From NCBI RefSeq assembly GCF_011386835.1, contig NC_088802.1, positions 18,476,001-18,540,000 of the forward strand: 64,000 nt of DNA. The letters are read 5' to 3'. The notes under the pieces are model-generated. The model did not search any database and was not told where the DNA came from. It worked only from the letters and a program-made list of their open reading frames with translations. Below, piece after piece: positions 22,302 through 33,900 of this stretch; position 1 is the first letter of the stretch; every line of letters begins with the position of its first letter. This stretch comes from Chrysemys picta bellii (lineage: Eukaryota). Position numbers and translations under genes: made by a program.

Positions 22302-24061
22302 GCTCAGCTGGGCAGGCGAGCTCTCCACTCTGAACAAACAAGACATGGGAAATTCTAATGCTCCCGGTCCTTTAACAGGGGAGGGGTACCTGTGTACCCG
22401 GCTGCTGGGCAGCGGAGTTAAGAACGCTGACCAGAGCAGTCACCACGGAGCATTGTGGGACAACTCCCGGAGGCCACTTAAGCCGCCGGCATCGACTTCT
22501 TTAAGCGCTATGCTTCTCGCGGAGGCAGGGTAATAAAGTCGATGTAGTGGGCGAGTTACGTTGGCAGGAGGGACCTGGTAGTGTAGACGTGTACACAGTT
22601 AGGGCGACATAAACTGCCTTACGTCGACCTAACTCTGTAGTGTAGGCCAGGCCACAGGCAGGAAGTTCAAGCCTGAAGCCAAGCCGAGGAGTGTGTGATG
22701 GGGCTGGGAAGGGCCCAGGGAGCCTCTCTGATAGCCAGGGACTGACCATAATGCAGCCTTGGCCACGATCCCACTTCCTTATCACTCTGGCCACCTGCAG
22801 GGCCGGATTAACCTTGTGTGGGTCCGGCTCCAAACGTATTTATGGGCTCCCATGGAGGCAATGGAGCATGGCACAGGGAGGTCAGTCCCCAGAGCGAGGG
22901 GCCAGCCAGGGGCAATGGGGCATGGCAGGGGCGGCCCTGCTCCACCCAACCCAGGGCAAGAGCACTATTTACAAACCGGCAGTTGTCAGATGCACAGTGG
23001 CCCGCCCGGCCCTGTGCTTCCAGCATGTCCCTTCCTCTCGGGAGCAGGCCCATGCCGTGCCACACAGCCCCCCCCCCCCCAAACACAAATACCCCCACTG
23101 ACTCCCCCTATGCCAAGAGCCCCCCTGGACTCACTACGCCCAGCACCCCCCCCCCAGATCCACATCACAAATGCACAGCACCCTGCACACCACCCCTGCC
23201 CAGCACAGCCCCACCACAACTGCCCAGCACCCCACACAGAACCCCCACTCCCTAGTGCTCCAACACACACAGATCTTCAGACACCCCCAGATTCCCCAGA
23301 GACCCACTCCCCCATGCCCTGCCTCCCGGACGCACTCACCGGCCCTGCTGGGAGGCGACTGTGTCTGCCGGGCTGAGCTGGCAGCGCAGCCAGGGCTGGT
23401 CCCAGTGTTGGGAATCGCTCCGGCTCCTCAGACGTGGCGCAACTGCCCTGACCGGGCTCCCTAAGGACCCACTTGCCTGGAGGGGCCCAGCCAAGCCCCC
23501 CCACACTGTCCGAGACTGGCCAGGCTTCTGCACCAGTCCCAGGCGGCTCAGCTCCAGGGAGACAGGTGGGGCCCCACAGGTGGTGGGAAGCAGACTGCCC
23601 AGAGCCGGAAGTGCACTGCGGTCCGGCCAGGGGGCTAAGAGGAGCCGGCGGGTGGGGCCGGGGGTGGAGAGGAGCCCTGGGCCAGCGGAGAAGAGCAAGG
23701 GGTGGGTGGGGGGAGCCAGCAGGCAGGCAGGGTCTCAGGGCTCAGTGCAAGCAGAGCAGGCCAGGGCCCCTTCTGAGCATGGGCCCGGCTCCATGGTGCC
23801 ACTGGAAACCCGAGACTGGCCACCTGCTGCTGGATTCAATCAGCGTCTGCCCTGCCCCAGGGTTGCCCAGAGCTCCTGGGGAATCTGCCCCAGTCCCAGA
23901 GCCAGGCAAGGAGTCCCAGTCCCACTCCAGCCCACAGAGGGGAACAGAGACAGACACACACAATCCCCAACCAGCAGCACACGGCCCCAGAGAGACGCAC
24001 AAACTTCCCACACTGACATTCATCCCCACGGCCCTGCTGGGTAACAACACTGGGCACCTAC

Positions 24062-25240
24062 CAGGTACTCTGGGCTTCCTTTCTCTGGTCAGTTTCAATC
24101 CCAGGAGCTTTTCTCTCTCTTCCTTCAGAGCCTGCAGTCGGGTCTGGAATTGTTCCTGGGCAAAGGGACATGGGAGGTGCGGGGGAGGGTGTTAATTTTT
24201 TTTCTTTTGGAGCATGAGGCTCAATGATCCTCCCCTCCCCCCAACAATAACGCTGCTGTGCGGATTTAGCTTTCCAGTTTATTTAACCGAGCAGCAGGCC
24301 GGGAGAGCACCCCCATGGCAACTCACGGGCCAGGCCATGGAAGATGCAGGAACTGGGGGAGAACCCCTGGTCACAGAGGAGACCTAGTTTATCTTAGGAA
24401 TGCAAGCTGGGTCCAGGCCTCCAATGTACAAACCCTAGTGCCTCCCTATGTAGCAGTGGCCTCTCAGCGTGCTTGGTAGAGATCTCTTTCCTACAACTCT
24501 GCTCCCATATTGCTGATTGCTAGTAAAACAGAGGGAGGCAGGTTTGCTCCAAAAATTCATCATCAATTATTCCTAAGATTGAGGCCCAAAATCAGTAACT
24601 TCACCTAATGATCCTGATAAGATCATTGTAATTAACAAATAACAACCAATAAAGTGGCAGAAGATACGGAGTTCAGGTGAAAGGAACCCCAACATCTGAA
24701 CATCTGGAAATTCACAAGTAAGGTGCCAGACGCCATGAGGTCTGTCTGAACTGCTGAGTTTTGGCCTCTGAAATCTAGGTTTGGAAAAAAGCCACCGGTA
24801 CAAATATTGTTAGTGGGCAAATATTTCCTACCTTGTCCTCCTGGGCAGCCTCCTCTATGGGAACCACCCTGTGAGATCTGGCTCAGAGCCTTGGCTCTCT
24901 CACATACCACACAGATGGGGGTTTGGTCCACTTCACAGAAGAGTTTCTGGGCCTCCTGGTGTCTCTCACACACTCACTCGTCCTGAGCCTTTGGCCCTCT
25001 GGCTATTTCGATAACTCTCGCCAGTTCCCTGCTGGGCTGCAGGTTTCTCTGCTGGGCAGTTTCTCTGCACTGGGGGCAGGAGAAGTTTGGCTCCGACTCC
25101 CCCCAGCAATGGCTGATGCAAGCCCGGAAGAAGTTGTGCCCGCAGTGGATAGACACCGGCTCGTGGAAATACTCCAGGCAGATGGAACAAGAAGCTTCCT
25201 CCCGGAGACTTTCTGCAGTGCAGGGCTCTCTGCAGGCAAT
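24062..25240 (-). pseudogene. TRIM pseudogene B (RING/B-box exon plus second exon only)
   Basis: Exon 25240-24832: start codon reads ATT, RING Cys replaced by Phe (HNFFRAC), in-frame TGA at 24976-24974, frameshift in the B-box. Exon 24155-24062 is 94 nt instead of 96. No downstream TRIM exons found before gene A. Confidence 0.9.
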
Positions 25241-25639
25241 GGACCCCGGCGGGAAAGGGGTAACCAAGTTAGTTTGAATTTACAGCCCTCTGGCAGAGGA
25301 ACACAGGATGGAATTGGGTGTTTCCCTTCCTGGATCTGTCTCATTGGCTGAGCCGCGTCTGTGACTTCTCCAGGCCCCTGGGGGGATCTGGTGAGAAACG
25401 TGATCCTCTGTGTGCTGGGGACAGTGTTTAAACTCAGGTTAATAGGACATTTACACTGGAAATAAAGTCAGACAGAGAGATTTTGTTCCCTTAGGGGAAA
25501 ACAGACTTTAAAGGCAACGTCACTCTTTGAAAATAAATAAATAAATGGAATTCAGTTATTTGACTCCCAAATCACCACATAAGAACAGCCACAATGGCTC
25601 AGACAAGGTCCATTAAGCCCAGTGTCCTTCTGACAGTGG

Positions 25640-26502
25640 TAGGGTGACCATGTGACTGGTTTTTGATTGGAACACCCGGTCGAAAAGGGATCCTGGCAGC
25701 TCCAGTCAGCACTGCTGACCAGGCTGTTTACTGTCCGGCTAGCGGCGCCACTCAGCGGGGCTGGCAAGGTTCCCTGCTAGCCTCCATGACGTGCGGCTCC
25801 TGGGAAGCAGTTGGCATGTCCTCACTCCGGCTCCTATGCATAGGGGCAGCCAGTGGGCTCCACACGTTGCCCCCCGCCCCAAGCACCGCCCTCCCACACT
25901 TCGAACTCCCCAGCCCAGAGCCCCTTCCTGCACCCCAAATCCCTCATCCCCAGCCCCACATCAGAGCCTGGCACTCTCAGCCGGAGCCCTTACCCCCTGC
26001 CCCAGCCCGGAGCCCACTCCTGCACCCTGAACCCCTCATTTCTGGCCCCACCCCAGAACCCACCCCCCCAGCCCAGAGCCCGTATTTTCTCCCACACCCC
26101 AACCCTCTGCCTCAGTCCGGAGCCCCCTCCTGCATCCCAAACCCCTCATCCCTGGCCCCACCTCAAGCCCGCATCCCAAGCCCGAGCTCTCGCCCACTCT
26201 CGCACCCCAACCCCTTGCCTCAGCCTGGAGCCCCCTCCCTCACTCAGAACTCCTCATATCTGTCACCACCCTGGAGCCCGCACCCCCAGCCGGAACCTGC
26301 ACTCCAGCCCCCGGAGCCAGCCCAGTGAAAATGAGCAAGTGAGTGAGAGTGGGGAGAGCTAGTGACCGGGGGTGGGGGATGGAGTGAGGGGGACGCGAGG
26401 CCTCAGAGAAGGGGCGGGGCATGGGCGGGGTCTTGGAGGAGGGGCAGGGCAGGGTGGGGCAAGGGTGTTCAGTTTTGTGCCAGCAGAAAGTTGGCAACCC
26501 TA
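25640..26502. mobile_element. GC-rich hAT-type non-autonomous element inserted in an antisense CR1 tail
   Basis: TIR TAGGGTGACCA / TGGCAACCCTA; TSD GACAGTGG/GACTGTGG; the flanks rejoin as CR1 3' UTR. Confidence 0.75.
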
Positions 26503-27027
26503 GACTGTGGCTGATGCCAGGTGCCTCAGAGGGAATGAACCGAACAGGTAATCATCACGTCACGTGAGCCATCCCCTGTTGCCCATTCCCAGCTTCCGGC
26601 AAACCTGGCTGAGTGGGAGCCATTTAATCAGCACGGAGGCAGGAATCTCCTGGTTTCCATACAGGGCGCAGCAGGAGGCATGGGGCAGGATGGTCCGGGA
26701 GATCAGAGGCTGCTAGGAGCGAGCAGGCTCCAGCAGAGAGGCCTGGGAGTACAGGTATGTCTGCACCACACTGAAAGATCAGGCTGCGGCTGGCCTGGCT
26801 TAGCTGACTTGGGTTTGCAGGGCTCTGAAATATCAGTATGGACATTGGGGCTCGGGGTGCAGGGTCCGCGGCTGCCCGCGCAGTTCTTCCCATGGCCCGG
26901 CTGTGGCTCCGAGGACCTGCTTCAGACACAAGATTCTGGCTGATGTATCTTTACCAATGGCCCACTAGACCCTTCCTTTCTGCTTTCAGGAAGAGTGGCT
27001 GGCAGAATATGGATCATATCATACATT

Positions 27028-27139
27028 CAGGGCTTTGGAGCGGAGCCCGGAGCTGGAGCGCGGAGCAGCTCCGGAGCAGTGGAGCTGCAGGTTTTTGCCT
27101 GGAGCTGGAGCGGAACCGGAGCACAGCTCCAAAGCCCTG
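27028..27139. mobile_element. Short palindromic hAT MITE
   Basis: TIR CAGGGCTTTGGAGC / GCTCCAAAGCCCTG; TSD CATACATT/GATACATT. Confidence 0.75.
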
Positions 27140-27524
27140 GATACATTAATACATTTAACACATGCTACATTATTAACATTCTTTTATTTTATTCTAAATT
27201 ATACAAAATACAAACATAAAATCCTCCTACTACACGCTGCAGTGGCACACTGTGGACGCGCCCTCAGCTGCCAGAACAGAATTTGACCAAGCTTCGTAGT
27301 GTTGTGTGTAGACCAGCCTCAGTCCTATTGACACGGCTTGTCACACGGCGATTTCATACTGTGTCCTGCCCGGGGGGGGGGGAATTTCCCCTCCCCAGGG
27401 ACTGCAACTCCTCACAGCTCAGAAAATGAAGGAACTTCAGCAAGGGAACCGCCCAGTTGCTGACCAAGGCTGAAGAGATTGTAAAGTGAAACTAACCTTT
27501 TCATTCTCCCCCTGGCAGGCAGCC

Positions 27525-27941
27525 ATGGCAGCCCCGGATCCTGTGGAGTGTTTGCAAAAAGAAGTTTCTTGTTCCATCTGTCTGGATTATTTTACTGACC
27601 CGGTGTCTATCGATTGTGGGCACAACTTCTGCCGCGACTGCATCAGGCAGTGCTCGAAGAAATCGGAGGCCAAACTCTCCTGCCCTCAGTGCAGAGGCAT
27701 GGCCCTGAAGAGAACATTCAGGCCCAGCCGGGAGTTAGCAAATGTGGCCGAAATAGCCAAACGGCTGAGTTGCCAGGCTGCCCAAGGGGCTGGAAGGGAG
27801 AGGGTGTGTGAGAACCACCAGGAGGGTCTGAAACTGTTCTGTGAGGAGGATCAAAGCCCCATCTGTCTGATCTGCAGAGAGTCCCGCGCTCACAGATTTC
27901 ACACTGTGGCTCCCATAGAGGAAGCTATCCAGGACTACAAG
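27525..27941 (+). CDS. Gene C first coding exon: RING + B-box2
   Basis: [39 protein letters not shown]...CPQC...[32 protein letters not shown]; donor AAG|GTAAGA. Confidence 0.95.
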
Positions 27942-30900
27942 GTAAGAAACTACGGTTTAGCGCCATTTTTGTACCAGATTTTTTTTTTTTAATCCTTATT
28001 CTTTTCTCTATTTCAAAGGACACATAGCAGGAGTCAGATAATCTCTCACATGCACAAATCTGTAGAGGGAAAGTGACCACACCTCCCTTAGATTAATAGA
28101 GGATATTGTGAAGGCCAAGACTATATCAGAGTTCAAAAAAGAACTAAATATAATCATGGAGGACAGGTCCATCAATGGCTGTTAGCCAGGATGGGCAGGG
28201 ATGGTCCCAAGCCTCTGTTTGCCAGAAGCTGGGAGTGGGCAACAGGGGGTGGATCACTTGATGATTGCCTGTTCTGTTCATTCCCTCTGGGGCACCTGGC
28301 ATTGGCCACCGTCGGAAGACAGGATACTGGGCTAGATCAGGATACTGGGCTAGATGGACCTTTGGTCTGACTCAGTATGGCTATTCTTGTATGGCCAGAA
28401 GGGACCAGTATGATCATTTTGTCTGCCTTCCCGTATAAAACAGGCCATAGAACTTTGCCCAGTTACCTCTGTATCGAACCGAGTGACCTGCGTTTAGCTA
28501 AACCACTGCTTCCAGAAAGGCATGCAGTTATGATCAGAAAACTTCAGGAGTTGGAGAAACTCTGCCACTTCCCTGGCTACTCACCCTCACTGTTAACATT
28601 TTGTGCCTTATTTGTCATTTGAAATGATCTGTCTTTAATTTCCAGCCATTTGTTCTTGTTGCATTATCACCCAATCCACTAGATTAAAGAGTCCTTTAGT
28701 ACCTGGCATTTTTTTCCCCCTTTGAAGGTATTTATGCACTAATCAAGTCACCTTTCAATAGTCATGATAAAAATAATCAGATTGAAATCCTTAAATCTCT
28801 CATTGTAATGGCTGGTCTACACTGAAAACTTACACTGACATAGCTACGTCTCTCAGGGATGTGAAAAATCCCCCTAGCCCTAGTGTAGACAGTGCTACCC
28901 CACTTCTTTGCTCAACCTAGCTACCGCCTCTTGGGGCGGTGAATTAACTACAACAGCCAGAGAACCTCTCCCATGGCTGTAGTGTGTGTCTACACTGAAG
29001 TGCTACAGCAGCCACTGTAGCGGTTCAATTGTAGACATATCCCTAAGTCGTTATTTCTAGCCCTTCAGTCATTTTTGTTGCTCTTTACTGAACCCTCTCT
29101 GATTTTTCATCGTTCTTGTAAAAAAGTGGACCCTGGAATGGGAGGCATTATTCCAGGATCAGCCTCACCATGAACATATACACAGGTAAAAAAATATACA
29201 AACTAGTCACGACTCCACTGTTTATATATCCAGGGATCATATCAGCCTCCGCATCGCAGTCGGAACACATGTCGAACAGTTTGTCCACACTGACATCTAA
29301 ATCCATTACAGCAGTGGTCCTCAAACTTTTGAGGGTCATGCCCCCCTTACCCCTGTCCGCGTCCCCCTGGCTCCCCCCCCCCCCCCCCGAGCCAGGACCG
29401 GGAGCAGGGCTGCAGCTCCAGGCGGGGGAGGGAGGGCAGACAGGGGTAAGGGGGTTGAGGCTGCGGCCGGAGCTGGGGTGGGTCGGGGCTGGGCCAAGGC
29501 TGGGGGCAGGTGCGGGAGCAGACCCGCAGCCGAGCTGAGATGGGGTCAGGCAGCTGGGCCCGCAGCCAGGTATGGCTCCGCTCCCGGCCTCGCCCCCAGC
29601 CTCAGCCCCGGCCCTGGGGCTGGGAGCGGAGCTGCACTGAGGCTGGGGATGGGACTAGGAGTGGGGCCGGGAGCCGGGCACATGGAGCAGAGCAGGGGGC
29701 GGGGAGGGGTTGGGTGGCGCTCCTTCCCTGCCCCCTGTGGGGTCTGGCCTGGGTCCCATTGTGCCCCCCCCGGACATTCCTCCACAACCCCCTTGGGGGG
29801 CATGCTCCACAGTTTCGGGACCTCTTCATCACAGGGTCACTGCTTTCCAGGATACAGTCTCTCCTTCTGTAGGTCTGGCCTGCATTCCTCGTTCTTAGAT
29901 GTATAACTTTGAATTTGATTGTAATATACATTTAACTTATCAAATGATCCAGATCGCTCTATACGACTGCCCTATCTTCTTCATTATCTACCACTCCACC
30001 AATCTTCACATCATCCACACATGTAGTCAGCATTGATTTTATATTCACTTCCTGGTCATTGATAAAAATATTGACTAGTTTTAGGTCTTGCACCGATCCC
30101 TGCAGAACACCCCAATTCAGTGATGGTTCCCTATTGAAAACTATTTTTTGAGGCAGGTCAGGCAGTCCTTAATCCATTTAACATGGGCTCTGTTGACACT
30201 GTGTAGTGTTGATTGCATTATCACCCCACATTCTGATTAAAAGTCAAATGCCTTCCAGAAGTGTAAGTATAGTACATCTGTACAGTCAACAATTCAACTT
30301 GTAATCTCATTGAAAAAAAATTGAATCAGATTTGACGACCTGTTTTCCGTAAAACCACGTTGACTGGCATTAATTGTATTCACATTGAATCCCATATCAG
30401 TTTTTCCAGCATTGTGCCTGGAATTGATAGGCTAACCAGCCTAAAATCATCCAGATCATCTGATTGCCCTTTTTGATTACTGGCATGACATTAGAACGCT
30501 TCCAGTCTTCTGGAATTTCCCTACTGTTCCAAGAGTGAAACATGAACACCAGCTAGCTGGAGATCTCCTCAGCTAGTTCCTTTGGAGTTAGTTATCTGGG
30601 AACGCTGATTTAAAAATGTTTATCCCTCCTAGATGTTTTCTAACATCCCCCTTGGTTGCAGATGGGCTGGGAAATACTTCATCATCCTCACATGTGGAAT
30701 GGATCATCCTGCTTCTTCCAGAAATATTTATGGAACACTTCTGCCTTTTCTGCATTGTTCTTAGCAGGTTTATCATGATCATAATGTAGTGATGTGCCAA
30801 TACCATTGTTAGGGGGTTTGTTTGTTTTTTCTGATATGCTTAAAAAACTCCTCCTTGTTGTCCTTAGCCATGCCAGTTGTGATTTTTTTCCCCCCTGATG

Positions 30901-33900
30901 TCTCTGGCCTCCCTTATCAATTTTCCACACTTCATTACTTCACATTCATATTGAGTACTATCTACTTCCTCTTTCCCCCTTTTGTTATGTATTGTTCTAA
31001 GAAAATCAATCACAGAAGAAAATAGCCCCCTTTCCCCAGTGAAATCTCATCCAGATCATTTCCCCCCAAGGAACAAATCCAGATGCAATTGCAGACTCTG
31101 AAAGAAGAGAGAAGAAAGCTCCTGGGGTTTAAAGTGACTGGAGAGAGGAGAAGCCAGGAATATCTGGTAGGTGCCCATTGTTATTACCCAGCAGGGACAT
31201 GGGCGTGGGTCTCTCTCTCACTGGGTCAGCCTCACTCTTTGATCAGTAGAGTGAACAATAAAAATCAAAAGATGCTCAGGTTGCTAGATCAGCACCTAAA
31301 GCAAAACGCACAGGAGTCACCGGGAAGAAGAAATCAAACAGCCACAAGCTAGGCTGTTCCCGATCTCTTGCACGGAGCTATAACCGTGGCAGTTACTTCA
31401 CCGGAATGGCCCTGTGCCAAAATAATGCAGACTTGCTCCAAACGCAAAATCGGTGGCCACAAACTAGGGGTGGAAAGTGCAAAGCACAGTCTAAAGCAGC
31501 GTTTCTCAAACTGGGGATCCCGACCCAAAAGGGGGTTGCAAGACTATTGTGGGGGAGTTGCGAGGGCGGCGGCTGCTGGCCAGGCGCCCAGCTCTGAAGG
31601 CAGCGCTGCCACCAACAGCAGCGCAGAAGTAAAGATGGCCTGGTATGGGGGGGCTGGGTTGTCACAGCCTGAAGTATTTTCAAAGGGGGTCCCAAAAAAA
31701 AAAGTTTGAGAACCCCTGGTCTAAACCCAGAGAGGATGAGCTGAGCAGGCAACGGGACAGAGAGAGACACTTTCTACTCCAGCGGACTAAATACAAGGAA
31801 GTGAGAGACAGATATTGCCCCAAAAGTATGAGCAACCATAGAAGGTTTCTCAGCCAAACATGATGAGGATAAATTGTGTGCGACCCTGGGAGGAAGCGAA
31901 GAGACATCAGCGATAGCAGCTGGCCACTGGGTCACGAGCTTCCTAACTCTGAGGAGCGTTAAGCGCTGGGAGAGGTTAACTTGGGTGGTTGTAGAATCCT
32001 TGATCTTGGAGGTTTTTAAGGACAATTAAAGTCACCCTCCTGTACATTCAGGGCCCAGTTATATGTCCCCTGAATCTCTATGTTCTTGACCTGCCTTTCT
32101 TTTCCCTTTGTTTTAATCTGTTCATTACAGGAACAGACGAAAACCCAGAGGTGCAAGATCTTGTCTGAATTTGAGCAGTTGCGCCATCTACTGGAGGAAC
32201 AAGAGCGGCTCCTGCTGGCCCAGCTGGGAGAGCTGGAGAAGGAGATTGTGAACTGGCAGAATGGGAGTGTCGCCAAACTCTCGGAGGAGATTTCCCATCT
32301 CAGTGAGCTGATCAGTGAGTTAGAGAAGAAGTATCAGCAGCCAGTGAGTGAATTCCTGCAGGTGAGACCTCCGTTCTAGGCAAGAACTGGAGCCTAGGAA
32401 ACTCCGTGTCTGATTTATGGTATTTCATTCAAATATGTTGATTTTTTTACTTCACATTTTGTCATGGTGTTGAGATCCTGGGCGAGCATGGGCAGCAGGG
32501 ATAATAGGCATAGGAGGCTCTACCTCCCCTGGTGCTGCCGTGGTTGCAGGGTTTGGCGGCAAAGTTTTTGCTTTATTATGCCCCATTTAGGTTCCGGGGC
32601 GGCTGAGGGGTGGTATGTGCTATTTAGCTTCCTGGGTTCCTCAGTAATCTCCCTGGACTCCAAAGGGATTGTCACCTTGGCCTGGATTCACTCAATGTTG
32701 CAACACCTGGCTTTTCGGCCCCTTGAAAATCACTGGCGTCCACAAAGCCGGGTTAGCCGCCGTGGCTCCCTATTCAATGCACGCTCGGTAGGGAGCTGCC
32801 TCAGCCAGCCAATGGGAGATGCTGATGAGAGAGATGTGTGCTAAGCCCAGAGTTAGACGCCTAAACCTGGGATGCAGGGAGGCTCCTAGCTCTGCTTGGG
32901 AGCCACAAACAGGACCTGCTCTCCTCACTTAGGCATTTCTTGCGAGAAGGACTTAGGGCCAGGGGTTCTTAAACTTCATTGTACTGCAACCCTCTGCTGA
33001 CAACAAAAATTACTACATGACCCCAGGAGGCGGGACCAAAGCCCGAGCCCTGCTGCCCTGGGTGTGGGGGCCTGCAAATTGAGCTAGGCGGTGGGGCTCA
33101 GGCCTTGGCTTTGGCCCCAGATCCCAGCAAGTCTAACACGAGCCCTGGAGACCCCATTCAAATGGGGTTGCGACCCACAGTTTGAGAATCACTGGCTTAG
33201 GCATCTGCTTAACGCCAGACAAAATGGCTGGGTGAGGGGATGAAGCAGGCTGTGCCTCAGAAACCTGTAACGTAGTGGTTAGTGTACTTGCTTAGGCTGT
33301 GGGTGATGTGACGGGTTGGATCACAGAAACCCCCTTGGGAGCTGCCACCCGATGTGCCAAGACTACCCCTGCTCCTGTTTTCCCTGCCAGCTCAGGACTC
33401 CAGCACCCTGTCTTGCTGAGCCAGACACTCCCGTCTGGCTCCAGACACAGACCCAGGATCTGAATCTCCTGTCCCAAAGCTGCGAGTTTACCCGAAAACA
33501 GCTCACAGTAGCGCGCTTGTCTTTAGCACTCAGATGCCCAACTCCCAATGGGGTCTAAACCCAGATAAATCCGTTTTGCCCTGTATAAAGCTTATGCAGG
33601 GCAAACTCATAAATTGTTCGCCCTCTATAACACTGATAGAGAGATATGCACAGTTGTTTGCTCCCCCAGGTATTAATACGTACTCTGAGTAAATTACTAA
33701 ATAGAAAGTGATTTTATTAAATACAGACAGTAGGATTTAAGTGGTTCAAAGTAGTAACAGACAGAGCAAAGTAAGTCACCAAGCAAAATAAAATAAAATG
33801 CGCAAATCTATGTCTAATCAAACTGAATACAGATAATCTCACCCTCAGAGATGTTTCAGTAAGTTTTTCTCAGACTGGACACCTTCCAGGCCTGGGCACA

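Larger units (their letters stand above)
19280..22653. mobile_element. 5'-truncated PIF/Harbinger transposon (convergent transposase and Myb/SANT genes)
   Basis: Transposase remnant (+) faces the Myb/SANT gene (-); right TIR TAGTGTAGGCCAGGCC at 22638-22653 matches the GGCCTGGTCTACACTA-type termini of local MITEs; left TIR not found. Confidence 0.8.

Noticed and set aside
33245-33306. Possible functional tRNA gene
   Set aside because: A and B boxes are present but split by an LTR and there is no cloverleaf; this is a SINE head. The same applies to 13990-14130.
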